Below are positions 25,321-38,337 of a DNA stretch of 64,000 nucleotides, one piece after another (position 1 is the stretch's first letter; every line of letters starts with the position of its first letter). Origin of the DNA: Chiloscyllium plagiosum (Eukaryota). Both the position numbers and the translations under genes were made by a program. Location: the NCBI RefSeq assembly GCF_004010195.1, contig NC_057713.1, positions 133,356,561 through 133,420,560 of the forward strand. Direction: 5' to 3'. The notes beneath the pieces are model-generated. The model was not told where the DNA came from, searched no databases, and saw only the letters and a program-made list of their open reading frames with translations.

Positions 25321-26518
25321 AATTAATTCTAGAACATAGAACAGTACAGCACAGGGACAGGCCCTGTGGACCACCATGTCTATGCCCTCCATTCTGAACT
25401 ACTCCCATCCCATGGTCCGTATCCATCTGTTCCTCCATAATTCCAGCATCTTCAGCAATATTTGGGAGTCTGGATGGTCAGCCTGCGTAACCTTAGGGGA
25501 TGAATTTACATCGACCTAACCCACTGTCAATGTGAGCAAATTCATTTGTAACAGACCAAATGTGGCAGGACAGATCTCCAAAAGGGAAGACCAGTTACAA
25601 TGATCAAACATGAATGCAGAAATACAAATGCAAGAATTTTTATATCCCCATATATTTGCTCAGGTATGCAATTTATCTTAAGCACATACATATAAACATA
25701 CATATATATATGGCCTGGCCTTAATTAGTTAATGTACTAATTTTATCTGTTTCTCCAATCAGGAAATGTGCTCACTTTCCCTGTTGAAGTTGGTGAACAG
25801 AAATGTTAAGTTTTTCTGCAGATAGTTTTATAAATATTCGTTGAATAGAGTTAGGGTTCTCTTCATTTGTAATGGAATTAATGTTGGACAATCTGTAGTC
25901 AACTCTGCACTTAAACTTTCTTCAATGACCTTTACAACCAAGATTTAATCTCATGTATGCTCAGATAGAATAGACTCTGAAGAAAAAAATTCAATTATTT
26001 ATTTCCAATGTAATGGTTCATTGTACTGTTGGTCCATTGTATCCTTGTTTATATATAACAGTTCAGATGTTAGAAGAATATTACTGTAATCAGTCAATTC
26101 AGGTTACACAGCATTCATCTTACACATTCCAGTTAATTGATAAAATGATTTGGATCATTTGATAGGAGTAACTAATTAATACTGGCACCAGACTTAACTC
26201 AGTGCTGCATATCGCAATAGTGAGCTGTCCTATCTAATTATTAATTTCCATTATTCTGGCTGTTGTTTTGAGGACAACTCACTCAAACTTAACAGATGGT
26301 GCTATATAGTTCAGTGCTTCGTATATAACTTATTCAAGATGAATGCATCAAAAGTTGAACATGACAAGCAAAAAGGTTTCAGTTAACGTTACACAGGAAT
26401 AGAAATTCATTGTATCTGTGTAAGACTACAGGAAATAGGTCCAGCGAATTCATTCAAATATTACCGACTAAATGCAGTTATGGCCAAAGTGGAGATGTTC
26501 AGCTTTGCAGGAGTACTA

Positions 26519-26735
26519 GGAAAATGTGAGGACTGAAGATGTTGGAGATCTGAGTCAAGAGTGAGGTGTTGGAAAAGCACAGCAGGTCAGGCAGCAGCCA
26601 AGGAGCAGGAGAGTCGACGTTTCAGGCATAAGCCCTTCATCGGGAATTCCTGATGAAAGGCTTATGCCTGAAACGTCAACTCTCCTGCTCCTTGGCTGCT
26701 GCCTGACCTGCTGTACTTTTCCAGTATCACACTTA
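26519..26735. mobile_element. Penelope family A inverted pLTR pair (no spacer)
   Basis: Near-perfect arms of about 75 bp centred on GGAATTCC (26643-26650). Confidence 0.9.
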
Positions 26736-26764
26736 TTGCAGGAGTACACCAAGATTGATGAAGG

Positions 26765-26852
26765 GTTCTGAATAAGGGTCACTGGACTCAAAACCTTAAC
26801 ACCGCTTCTCTCCGTGGATGTGGCCAGACCTGCTGAGTTTCTCCAACAATTT
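26765..26852 (+). mobile_element. Family C pLTR-like element (presumed Penelope)
   Basis: TTCTGAATAAGGGTCACTGGACTCAAAACCTTAAC...CCAGACCTGCTGAGTTTCTCC. Confidence 0.75.
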
Positions 26853-27841
26853 GGGGGGTGTGGGGGGTGGGGGGTGTCTGGTAATCCCTCTCGCTTCCCC
26901 CTTCCCTAACCTGTGTTCCTGCTGCTTCAACCTCTGAGGCATTAACCTGACTCAGAGTACCTTACTCTGGCTCCCAAGAGGACACATTCTTTCGCCAGTC
27001 TTTGATGTAATGCTTCCTAAGAACTTGAGCTGAAGAGTTTATACCGAGGTACATTGTACCGAAGATGCACCGTAAACTGTGACTTGTAAACATTTCACTG
27101 TACTGAGTTGAGTACATGTGACAATAAAGTTAATTCAAGTCAATTCAATTCCTGTTAAACTTGGCATGGAGTTTGATAGAATCTATGTAAACTGGATCCT
27201 GACGTTTAAAATCTTCTGAATCTTGCTCTGCTGAGGACCACAAAGTTTCCAATTCACTTCAGATCCCATTCACACTGAGTCTACTAGCTGTTACAACACT
27301 TCCTCAGTTTTATTTCACAAATGATGTTAAGACCTGAAGGCGTTGGTGAAGTAATTTCTACTTAGCTAGTGAGTCTTTCCGGAGCATTCACCCGAAGCCG
27401 AACCAACTCCCTACACAGTCGACTTGTTCAAAACTTTGGTCTGTGAGAGTTCCGGAAGGTCATGTCAGGACTGGGTCAAATTTCCTATTCACCGGGGAAA
27501 GGTTTGAGTTGCATCAACGTCTCTCACGTTCGGCAACTGTTGTTGTTAATGTGACATTCAGACAGAACAGTCCATGCCTTACAAATAGAATGGTGAAGAG
27601 TTTATGAGCATCACGCTCAGGAACAACATGAAACTGATTTTGTTTTCGCCACGCACATGAATTAAAAACATCAATGGGAGGGCTAATGAAACATCCTGTT
27701 CCTATTTAATAAAACTGATGCAATCAAGTCACTAAAAATGCAGAAAAATAATCAGAAAAAGCTGACAAGTTGCTGCTAGTGTTGTCATTAGTGGATTCAC
27801 TGCCTTGGATCAGGTGCATGGATAACCCATATGATTTGAGT

Positions 27842-27942
27842 TGGAGACAGTAAGGACCACAGATGCTGGAAACCAAGGCCAATAGATGTTGATTTTCCAG
27901 CTCCTCGGATGCTGTCTGACCTGCTGTGCTTTTTCAGCGCCA
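27842..27942. mobile_element. Penelope family A rearranged pLTR remnant
   Basis: Short antisense end (CAGATGCTGGAAACC) joined to a sense GCTCCTCGGATGCTGTCTGACCTGCTGTGC. Confidence 0.65.
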
Positions 27943-30289
27943 TATCCTATTGGCTCTGTGATTTGAGCCCTGGTCTGTGCTGCGAGACGCTGGGAGGATT
28001 TCAGGGGAAGCATATCTCTTCAGGATTCACAGGATTGGGTGGCAAAAGAAACTGGGCAACGGTTCACAAATGTTACAAGGGTCCTTTAAGTTGTTCACAG
28101 TCACATAACAACAGTAATTAGAATTGAGTTCATTAGATATAGCAATAGGAGACACCAGTACATACACTGGTATATAGACCAGGAGCAATGTGTGGGTTTT
28201 CCCAAGCTGGTGTTAAGTCAATATACATGCAAGTGATGTAATCACTCTTGCACGCATAAGCCCCAGACTAATGAGGGACCCCATACAAGCCTACGGTTCA
28301 TCCCTAACCATCTGTTATTTTGTATAATATATACACAAGATCTGTGCACAAAGCATGCTCATCTTCCTGACGCCGAGGGTTTCTGACACAAGTAGGTAGA
28401 TGGCATGTGAGGAAGGACAATCCATGTGTTGTTAATGGCCTGGTGTGATGCTGTACCCAACAGAGTCACTGTACTTGATGTGTGCAATATATTAATTAAT
28501 GTCCACACTGGGGAAGGGGAGAATGATCAGATAGCATTGATAAGACATCATTTTAAACAGGTTGACTGGGGAGGGGATGGAATTCATGGCTTAGATTGCA
28601 TTATAAGATTCATGGCCTATTATGATTAATACAGTCCCTCTTTCAATTTTGATATTGCATCTGAACACTACATTATCAAGATCCCATACTATCATATGCT
28701 CTGTTCCCATTTGAGCAGCTGAATTGTTATGAAGCCATTATTATGAGAAATCAGTATGAGATTGCATAACACCCAGCTCAATGTATAATGCAGAAACAGC
28801 GTCGCAATGGTGCATTTCTGTCTCTGCTGGTATTAGGACAGGGATAATTGCTGGTGCTGACAAAATTTGAACAGCAGAACACTTTTCACTTTTTGCAGCT
28901 GGGCTTAAATGAGGGACTGTTATTGTCTGTAAGGTAAGGAGTGTTGGCATCATCCCCAAAGTCTGCTTTATTATACACAGCAAGCGCTGAAACTACAAGT
29001 CTCCCATTGCCAATAATCCATCGTGGTGGCAGTGCTGTCAGAATTACCTGAGTCTGACATTGCTGCAACTGATAAAATGCTTGTTTCCTTTCTCCTTTTC
29101 TCCTTTTTGCAAATAATGTGGAGGTAAGGTGATGACAGCTGAATAAGTCTGTATTTGCTGAGAAACAGCATGATGTTCAGAAAAAAAACGGGTTCCTGAG
29201 GGAGATCTAATGGTTCCTATCCTTCCTGCACAGAGATAAAGACTCATAATAAGCATTGTATGTTCACCATCTGGCTCTGCGCATGTGGTCCTTATGGAGG
29301 CGAAAGCAGCACAATCTGTAAACGATCAGGAGCCATCGTGCTCTCTCCAGAGAATCTCCGATGCAATCAAGGTGACAGATGGCATGGCCACTGCTGTGGC
29401 CTCACAGAGAAGATCAAAATCACCTTCAATAAACTGTGACTGGAATGGGCAAGAATACCTCAAAAGTCAGCTTGTCAGTCAAACTGTGACAGCAAGCTGC
29501 ACAGGGAACCGTGGCCTGTTCTCTCCAATTCTTTTCCAACTGACTGAACCTGAACTGTGATCCTTCTCCAGCAGCAGAGAACACAAATTGCCAGATTCCT
29601 TGTTTTATTGAAGAAAATTGGGAACATGATGTCTCTTAATACAAGGTACAAACAGCTGGCAGGTGCCCGGACATGAGGACACCTTTTGGCAGTAGTTACA
29701 AGTTGTGCTGGTTCTGTTCCACACTGATGGAGGGTTCTGCCACGTAATACAGCAATGATGTGACTTTAGTTTGAGATGTGTAGGAGAATGAGATTCATCT
29801 TTGCAAACTGCCTGCTCTGTCTTATATTTGTATCAACAAATGCACGATGGAGAAGAACAAATTCTTCCCCCTAGCCCATCACCGAAACCACATGGAAATT
29901 GCACGCGATCGTAGGAGGAGTGGCATGAAATTTAAAAGTAATCATATCATTTTGTTTCAATGAACGCGTTTCAGAATTTACAACAATACAAAGCAATATC
30001 AACGTTCAATCAGTTTTACTTACCGTGGGGTGGGGGGGGGGGGGGCGCGGTGGGGGGGGCAGGGGAAAGGAAAGACTCCATTTCTCACCAAGCCATCTGC
30101 CCTACCCTCAAAAAGCCACACACTCACATTCCCTTCAGCTCGCCGATGTCTGAATACATGACCACAACTTGCAGCATTTAGCAGAATGCAGTCAGGGATG
30201 TGCACACGGGAAAATCCCGAACACCACTTCTACATCATTTACTTCATCTCGTCTTAGTGTAGATGTCAGTTTGTTTCAAAATCTCTCAA

Positions 30290-30580
30290 TTTTGATTCAA
30301 GTCTGAGTTCAAATTCTCCTTAACTGAACACTCTATCAAAATGCTTTCAGTGTTGCCTGAGGACTATTGCATTGTTAAAGATACTACCGTTCAAATCAGA
30401 TGTTAAACAGAGCTGTTGTCCATCTCATCATGTGAAAGATACCTAGACACAATTTAAAAGAGAATACACTTAACTAATTTGACCAAAAGCACATCACCAG
30501 CAGCTTGTTGTTTGTATGATCCTACACTGTGTTCATCAGCTGACATGTTAGGAACAGTAATTGACACTTCACATGTAACT
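30290..30580 (+). mobile_element. Degenerate DeuSINE-like element
   Basis: GGACTATTGCATTGTTAAAG...AGATGTTAAACAGAG...GTGAAAGATACC resembles the recalled Deu domain. Confidence 0.5.
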
Positions 30581-30719
30581 TGAACAAAAATGATACCAAA
30601 CACGATCAAGCATTACATTATGTGCAATCACAGAGGTTTACATCACAAAAGGAGGCTGCGATTGAACACGTGCATTTATTAATGAAATCCAGAATCAGTC
30701 TCCCTGCTCGCACCATCGG

Positions 30720-30975
30720 GCACACGGTTACCTGCAAGTTCCCGTCCAAGCCATTCACCATCCTGACATGGAAATATATCGCCGTTCCTTCACTGTCACC
30801 GGGTCAGAATCCTGGATTTCCCTCCCTAAGGGCATTGTGGTCAACCTACAGCACATGGACTGCAGTGGTTCAAGAAGGCAGCACACCCCCACCCTCTCAT
30901 GGGGCAACTAGGGACGGGCAAGAAATGCTGGGCCCAGCCAGTGACACCCACCTCCCAAAAGTGAATTTAAAAAAG
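30720..30975 (+). mobile_element. LINE 3' end (second CR1/L2-type family)
   Basis: RSFTVTGSESWISLPKGIVGQPTAHGLQWFKKAAH plus tail GGGCAACTAGGGACGGGCAAGAAATGCTGGCCCAGCC. Confidence 0.75.
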
Positions 30976-33014
30976 TACTGATCTTGTGGCCCACTGCTTA
31001 AAATATTTATCCCTGCAAAAAACCCCAGAGATTGATGAGACGTATCTAGCCAGGCAGTAAATTCAAAAAGCTCAGAGGCTTTAATAATTCTTCAATTATC
31101 TATCTTCTCAAACCTTCACTGCAGTTTGAGCTGTTGGTATCTCGATATCCTGGTACAGATATGTGCTGAAATACAGAAGATGCTGGATTGCCCAACCCTG
31201 AAATATCCAAGGGGATCCTGTCAAGGTGAACACCACCTACTTCACACCCATTTAATGTTGAGTCATTAAGGGAAGATCTATCTCTGAGAGCTACCGGCCA
31301 ATCAGATTGAGGCAGGCAGCTCTCCAGCATTTCAGATCCCACCTGTGGCGTTGGACGTCAGGTGGTAACGTTGAGGGGCTTGCCTGATGTCAAAGGTGAA
31401 GGGTAAGAGACCCACAGTCTGAAAAACCAATGGAAAAGCCAGCTTAGAGAGGGAGTTAACTTCTTGAGGGTCAGGTGTCTGTGGTGAAGGCAGATGTGTG
31501 TGAGGCATTTGATTGCAGACTACCTTCTGGATTTAATAATCTTCCTCTACATCTATACCAATTAGTCAGGGAATTTAAAGTTCAACCCGACAAACTGCGA
31601 AGTGTCCTTCTGTTCTGTAGCCATTCCATGATTTTATGATTGGTCTAATGGACTTATTGACATGTTAAGTGGATTTATGAAGGTTGGCAGTAAAATACAA
31701 GGTGGTAGAAGTCATGTTTCAGATATACAAAGCCCTAGTTATATCACAGCCAGAGTACTGCGAGCACGTCATAGCAACAGTACTTCCTTCCTGAAGGAAA
31801 TGTAATAGAGTTACATTCCCAGGAGAGGTTACACCTTGTACGGTTATAAGTAACTTAACAAGTTAAAGGATAACTTGATTGAAGTTTTCAAAGGTATTAA
31901 GAGTACGTACAGAGTAGAGAACTACTTGGCTGGGGAGTCGAGGACTAGCATGTGCAGCTTAAAGGTTGGAACTAAATTTGTGATAAGAAGATGCTTCTTG
32001 AATATTTCCTTCTTGACAGAAGTTTGAAAGATTGCTGAGATGTCTGGATTCCTTTTTTAAAGATCAATGAAAGGACACATTGGAACATTTCTTTGAACAA
32101 GGTGGTTTTGGAAACCGCTTGATTCTAGACAATTGCTGGTCTTGTTTGCTTGAACTCGCTGCAGGAAAACAGCCAATTATTTTACAACTGGACTTGTGGC
32201 GGTTCTGTTTGAGTAGTGCAGTTCATTGTGGATTGATGGAAATCTGCTACAGAACAAGCCACAAGTTAATTTCTCTTGTTTCTGAAATGTTGTCTGAGAG
32301 ATCAGCGTGAAACGTGATGGTTGCTCTGGAGCAGTGACTGAATGATTGTATTGTACTGACTGTATTGTATTTCCTGAGCAAGTTGTGTCTTCTTAGACTC
32401 CAGAGACAACTGGGCAAGATTCCTGTCTTGACTACATATGTAAGAACACCAGATCAATAGACTTCATAACATTCTATGCCTTATTCTTTTTACCTTCAAG
32501 AACAAACAACATTGGCATGAAAATGCTTTTACTTATTTAAGTAAATNNNNNNNNNNNNNNNNNNNNNNNNNNNNNNNNNNNNNNNNNNNNNNNNNNNNNN
32601 NNNNNNNNNNNNNNNNNNNNNNNNNNNNNNNNNNNNNNNNNNNNNNNNNNNNNNNNNNNNNNNNNNNNNNNNNNNNNNNNNNNNNNNNNNNNNNNNNNNN
32701 NNNNNNNNNNNNNNNNTTATTGTACTTTATAAAATTTGTGTTAACCAATTGTTCATCTTCATTGAATAGGTTTTGTTTTATCATAAATCAATAATTTTTG
32801 TTTGTTAAAGCTTATGCTTCTTTACATTCTCAGACAGACATATGGAATCCATCCTATTGGTCATCTCTGGGATTTCACTCATGGAGAAGTGAGACAAGAG
32901 CAAACATTGGACTCCTTCCATCTCCAGCTCGAACACCTTTCAGGATGCAAGTTAGTCAGCACCTCTACATACAAACAGTGGCAAAAGTTTGAAAGACTAG
33001 TTCCTTTCACAAAC

Positions 33015-33325
33015 TGAAACAGTTTCTCCCTGTTTACTCCATTTTGAAAACCTCCATCAGATCTCATCTTAGCCTTCCCCTCTCCAAAGAGAATAATTTT
33101 AATTTCTTCAATCTGTCCTCATAAAGTTTCTCATCCCTGGAACTAGTGGGTTTCAACCATTGGAAATCCCTACTGCTGGGGGCTAAGAAAGATCAGTCTG
33201 TGAGTTGAGATTGATAGACTTCTGCTCACCATTGACAGACAGGATTATGGGAATGGGGTGGATAAAAGGTATGGAAATGTTCGATCCACCATGATCAGGT
33301 GGGATAGTGGGACAGGCTCTAATAG
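33015..33325. mobile_element. CR1 3' fragment with inverted 5' portion
   Basis: 33015-33143 is CR1 on the minus strand and 33145-33325 continues on the plus strand. Confidence 0.55.
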
Positions 33326-33565
33326 GGTGAAAGGTTTATGCTCGAAACACTGACTCTCCTGCTCCTTGGATGCTGCCTGACTGGCTGTGATTTTCCAGCG
33401 CCATACTCTTTGACTCCAACAGGATGAATGGCCTACTCCTGATCTTCCAGCTGATGAAGGAGCAGTGCTCCAAAAACCAATGATTCTAAATAAACCTGTT
33501 GGACTATAACCTGGTGTTGTATGATTTTTAACTTTATACACCCCGGTCCAACACTGAGACCTCCC
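33326..33565 (+). mobile_element. Adjacent Penelope pLTRs: family A (33326-33418) and family B (33450-33565)
   Basis: GAAAGGTTTATGCTCGAAACAC... and CTGATGAAGGAGCAGTGCTCCAAAAAC...CCTGTTGGACTATAACCTGG. Confidence 0.8.
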
Positions 33566-33659
33566 AATCATGACTTCCATTTGTAAAATTCAGTTTCTCT
33601 CATGTTTTGTTCAACACTTTACCAACATGCCCTGCCACCTTCAATGACTCTCACATATA

Positions 33660-34170
33660 TTTTTGATTTAATTTGATTTATTTATTGTCACTTGTACCTA
33701 GACACAGTGAAAAGTTTTGTTTTGTGTGCAGTACGGGCAGATCATGCCATACAAAATGCATTCGGGTAACAGAACAGAGCAAGGAATACAATGTTACAGC
33801 TGCAGAGAGTTTCAGTCATCAATCTAATAACAGCAAGGAATAAGCTGTTCTTGAATCTGTTGGTGCATGTGCTTAAATTTTTGTATCTTCTGCCAGATGG
33901 AAAAGATTGTAACCGGGTTGGGAGGGGTCTTTCATGATGTTGGCAGCCTTCCTGAGGCAGTGAGAACTATAGATGGAGTCAAATGGATGGAAGGTTGGGT
34001 TGTGTGATGGACTGGGCTGTGTTCTCAACTCTCTGTAATTTCTTACGATCCTGGGCAGAACAGTTGTTGTACCAAACTGTGATGTATCTAGATAGAATGC
34101 TTTCTATGGTGCATCTACAAAAGTTAGCAAGAGTCTGTACTGATATGCCAAACTTTCTTAGCTTCCTATG
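33660..34170 (-). mobile_element. Rex1/Babar-type LINE 3' fragment
   Basis: Minus strand RKLRKFGISVQTLANFCRCTIESILSRYITVWYNNCSAQDRKKLQRV, with an (AAATC/AAATT)n-like tail. Confidence 0.8.
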
Positions 34171-34257
34171 TAACCTTAGATTACCCTGTTCCTTTCATTC
34201 CATGAGGTTTGACTTCACTGAGAGCTCTACTATTTATCAAATGTAATTACAACGTCC

Positions 34258-34522
34258 ATATAAATAAGTCACCTGGGCCAGATGGGATCTATCCGAGGAT
34301 TCTCTGGGAAGTCAGGGAGGAGATTGCAGAGCCTTTGGCTTTGATCTTTATATCGTCATTGTCTACAGGAATAGTGCGAGAAGACTGAAGGATAGCAAAT
34401 GTTGTCCCTTTGTTTAAGAATGGGAGTAGAGATAACCCTGGCAATTATCGACTGTGAGCCTTACTTCGGTTGTGGGTAAAGTGTTCAAAAAGGTTAAAAG
34501 AGATAGGATTTATAATTATCGA
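34258..34522 (+). mobile_element. CR1 RT N-terminal fragment
   Basis: KSPGPDGIYPRILWEVREEIAEPL...ANVVPLFKNGSRDNPGNYR. Confidence 0.88.
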
Positions 34523-34819
34523 GAATTAGAATCCCTTTGGTGTGGAAACAGGCCCTTTGGCCCAACAAGTCCACACCGACCTCCGAAGAGTATCCCACTC
34601 AGACATATTCCCCTATATTTATCCTAGACTAATGCCCCTAACCTCCACATCACTGAACATGATGGGCATTTTAGCATGGCCAATTCACCTCACCTGCACA
34701 TCTTTGGACTGTGGGAGAAAACTGGAACACCCTGAGGAAACCAACACAGGCAGTCACCCGAGGCTGGAATCGAACCTGTGAGGCAGTATTGCTAACCACT
34801 GAGCCACCATGCCACCCCT
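34523..34819 (-). mobile_element. HE1-like V-SINE
   Basis: Head and tail match other copies. Internal deletion. Confidence 0.85.
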
Positions 34820-34932
34820 GCTGTACTGGCACTGGTAAAAGTTGAAATTCAACAACAGCGCAACAGAATGATGGGAGCAAAAAGCCAACTGTGATGAACT
34901 CCCTTCCTAACGATGTTGTGGGTGTCTCTACA

Positions 34933-35066
34933 GTTCTGATGAAGGGTTATGCCTGAAACATTGACTCTCTTGCTCCTTAGATGCTGCCCGAACCGCTGTG
35001 CTTTTTCCAGCGCCACACTTTATCGATAATGACTTCTTCAGCATCAGCAGTCCTCGCTATCTCCTA
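34933..35066 (+). mobile_element. Penelope family A solo pLTR with 15-bp TSD
   Basis: GTGGGTGTCTCTACA at 34918-34932 and 35067-35081. Core TTCTGATGAAGGGTTATGCCTGAAACATTG. Confidence 0.88.
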
Positions 35067-35764
35067 GTGGGTGTCTCTACATTACAAGGACTCCTTAAGG
35101 CAGCTCACCACCTTCCCTAGGAAATTAGGGATGGATAATTAATGCTGGCCCAGCCAGTAATCACCATATCCCATGAATAGACCGAGAGAAAAAAAACCTG
35201 TTTGTATCAATGAGTTGAATTTAGTAAATACAGCCCTCTCTTGTCCAGCCTTCTCTCCCAAGATAACAAGCCCATTTCAGGTTCAAGTCTATGACATTGC
35301 TCTGAACTACTTCCAACACACTCACTTCCTTCATTAAATATGGAGATCAATACTGCATATAATACTCCAGTGTGGTCTCACCAGTGCCCTGAAACATCTG
35401 AAGCATAGTCTTCCTCTTTTTGAATTCAACTGATAACATTCTGTTAGCAATAGATATCCTCTTCTGGACTGGCACACATAGGAGTTAAGACCCATAGTAA
35501 TGTGGTTGATTTTAAACTGCCCTCTGAAATCATGGACAATTAGGGACCAGTAACGAATGCTAGTCTTACCAGTGATGTACAGATCCCATGAAAGAATAAC
35601 AAAAAGTAATTCTGCAATTTCCACCCCTATTTCCCTCAGCATCTTATCTGGTCCAAATGACTTCTCAATTTTAGACACACAATCTATTGGACCATAATAA
35701 GACTGGAAGCTATAGGAGCTGAAATAGGCCATTCAGCCCATCCAGTCTGCTCTGCCATTCAATC

Positions 35765-35937
35765 AGGTCAGAAGTCACACAATACCAGGTTATAGCCCCA
35801 AAAGGTTTATTTGAAACCATGGACTTTCAGAGCAGGGGCAGCGCCCCAAAAGCTGGTGATTTCAAACAAACCTGTTGGGCTATAACCTGGGGGAGTGTGA
35901 TTTTTGACTTTGTCCACCCCAGTCCAACACCGGTCTC
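35765..35937. mobile_element. Penelope family B inverted pLTR pair (degenerate)
   Basis: CCAGGTTATAGCCC...TTTGAAA / TTTCAAA...GGGCTATAACCTGG arms. Confidence 0.75.
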
Positions 35938-36697
35938 TCAAAATTTGAGATCATGACATACTCAGGAAACTACAGATCTATTTGCCTGCCTGGTGCATCA
36001 TTCATTTACACTTTCCTAATATTGTCTGAAACTGCAAGGTGACCTTATCCGAAAATGTGGGATGGAAAAAATGTTCAACTTTACGGGCACAGCCCAGTGA
36101 ATTCAACAAGTGCTCAAATTCTTCAGTCTGGAGCTTGAGATGTTCTAATCTATCCCAATTCCTATAGACATGGCAGTTCAAAACAACAAGAAGTGGCCTG
36201 AATTTCCCAGATAGCTCAGGATGGGATCAAGGTACCCTTCCACGTCCTTAATTATTAGATTATTAACTTCAAAATAAATTTAAAAGTTAAATAAATAAAG
36301 ACTTACTATCTACTGTAATTTTGTGCTGATATTATTTTATTAAGAAGGTAAACTTAAATATATATTTATTTAATTTTAATTATTCTTAAAAATCTGATCT
36401 TGATTTACTAAAGGTAAGTTCAGATAGAGACAAATTTTGTTACATGGGACCAAAAGTATGATTAAGGAATAAGGATTAGAATGACCAAAGATGTTTTTCA
36501 AGAGATTATGTGTTGGACACATAACAAGACAATACAGAGAAGAATTGATGCTGCAGAATTTTAGTTTTTGAAGTGAATAATAAAGATATTTTTTAATAGT
36601 TATGCTACAATGGAAGAGGTGATAACAAAATCTGAGTCTAAATGAAGTCTGCTCACTCAGATCAGGAAAAGACAGTTGGGGTACAGATAGGCATCGA

Positions 36698-36800
36698 ATC
36701 AAAAGCAGAAATTGCTGGAAAATCTCAGCAGGTCTATGGCGAGCTGTGGAGAGAAATCGGAGTTAATGTTTCAGGATTGGTGACCCTTCTGCAGAACTGG
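36698..36800 (-). mobile_element. Family C pLTR-like element (presumed Penelope)
   Basis: Reverse complement AGTTCTGCAGAAGGGTCACCAATCCTGAAACATTAACTC...GACCTGCTGAG. Confidence 0.7.
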
Positions 36801-38337
36801 AGAGAATAGAACATCTTTTTCAAGGAATTTCACAGTTTAGACAAACAGACCAAAGATGGTCCATGCCATTAAAATTAACACAGAAGTCGATTGTCACAAT
36901 CCCAGAATTCTGTTCTCTGTAGCTCCTCACTTTCCCTGATAATCAATTTATTGAAATATCTTGGGATGTTTCATTACATTAAGTGTGCCACATAAATGTA
37001 TGGTCTTGTTTTTTTGCTACAGTGTGTCTTGTGGTGAGAATGTGCGTTAATATCTTGTGGTGTCTTGTGCGTTAATATCTTGACCTTCCATGACAAGCGT
37101 GTAATCACGGACATGTTGCCAGGGTGGGTAACACCTAGACATCGAAATAGAAGGCTTCTCTCTCTATTAATGAGGTTGGGGTTGATCAGCAGTTCATCCA
37201 CAAAGAGGAAGTTGAAAATAGCAAGCTATTGCTTGGAGGGTGAGTTATCACAACAAATTTGCTCAGTTTCCATATGAGGGCAGAAGGTGCTGGTCATTAT
37301 ACAGTGACAACTGGAGAGATCTTTTGAATAAGGAGGATCTGGCTCAGCAGTAATTTCCCCAGTGCAATGTTCTATAAAACTACGGCATTGATTGTCTATG
37401 GAACATTCCTTGACATCAACCACAGCCTCCAGGAAAGGGAGGAAGCAAATATTGGAAGGGGATACACCACATGTTTTGCATTTAATGCAATGCATTGCTG
37501 GTGGGAAAATAAACAATGAATGGAATCTTCAGGATTCAGTGAGACTGAATGGTGGAAGGCTATGGTGGGAGGGAGTGTCCCAAATCCTGCTGCTTTCCTA
37601 GCTTCACCCTCTCACCCTAATGCTAACTGACACCCTTAATTGTTAAACTCAGAATCCCTAAAGTGTGGAAACAGGCCATTCGGCCCATCGAGTCTGCACC
37701 CTCTGAAAAGCAGCCCACTCATACCCACCGTCCCAACCCGATACCACTCAGAAATAAAAGTTCTGGTGAATTGCTAACCTGACCTCATTTATTGAAGATG
37801 AGGCCAGCCCCTTTCAATCCTACGGATAACATCAAGATTGTTCAAACATTTATGTTGGCAAATTTTCAGCAATACCACATCATGCAACAATGCTGTCCGT
37901 TAGTGACTGTGTAAAAAACAGTTAAAGGCCTATTCCCATCCACCAGTGCACCAGCCAGAATGGAAAGCAATTACCTTGATCTGCAGTGATATAAGCCCTA
38001 TTAAAGGGAGGACAGGAGTCAGGGGTTACCACTGAGAGCTACATCTCAGCCCTTGCTCCCAGTTCCCCCCCCCCACCGTTTCTCACAACTGCAGAAACCT
38101 CTCCTCCATCCCAAAAAAAAACACACCTTGACGTTTGCCCGTATCCTTCTGGAAACCGTCAAGGACCTTCCAATGGCACAGCTGAATGGACGAGCTGCTA
38201 GCCTCTGAGGGTCTCTCTTACTAGGCCCAGAGGCCTGGTTTTATATTTTAAAACAGGACCCCCTGTTGTCCTGCACATTGCCTGACTGGAAGCTGAAATA
38301 GTAGACCTTGCTCAGAAAGGTCAGCGAGGGTGTTGCA

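Noticed and set aside
26519-26735. Inverted pairs as MITEs or miRNA genes
   Set aside because: Arms are asymmetric Penelope pLTR copies with variable 12-15-bp TSDs, not DNA-transposon TIRs. There is no evidence for miRNA processing.
28741-29640. Protein-coding exon cluster suggested by overlapping ORFs
   Set aside because: No frame stays open for long and no motif is recognisable.
37041-37082. 17-bp direct repeat TGTGCGTTAATATCTTG
   Set aside because: Ordinary slippage duplication with no further structure.
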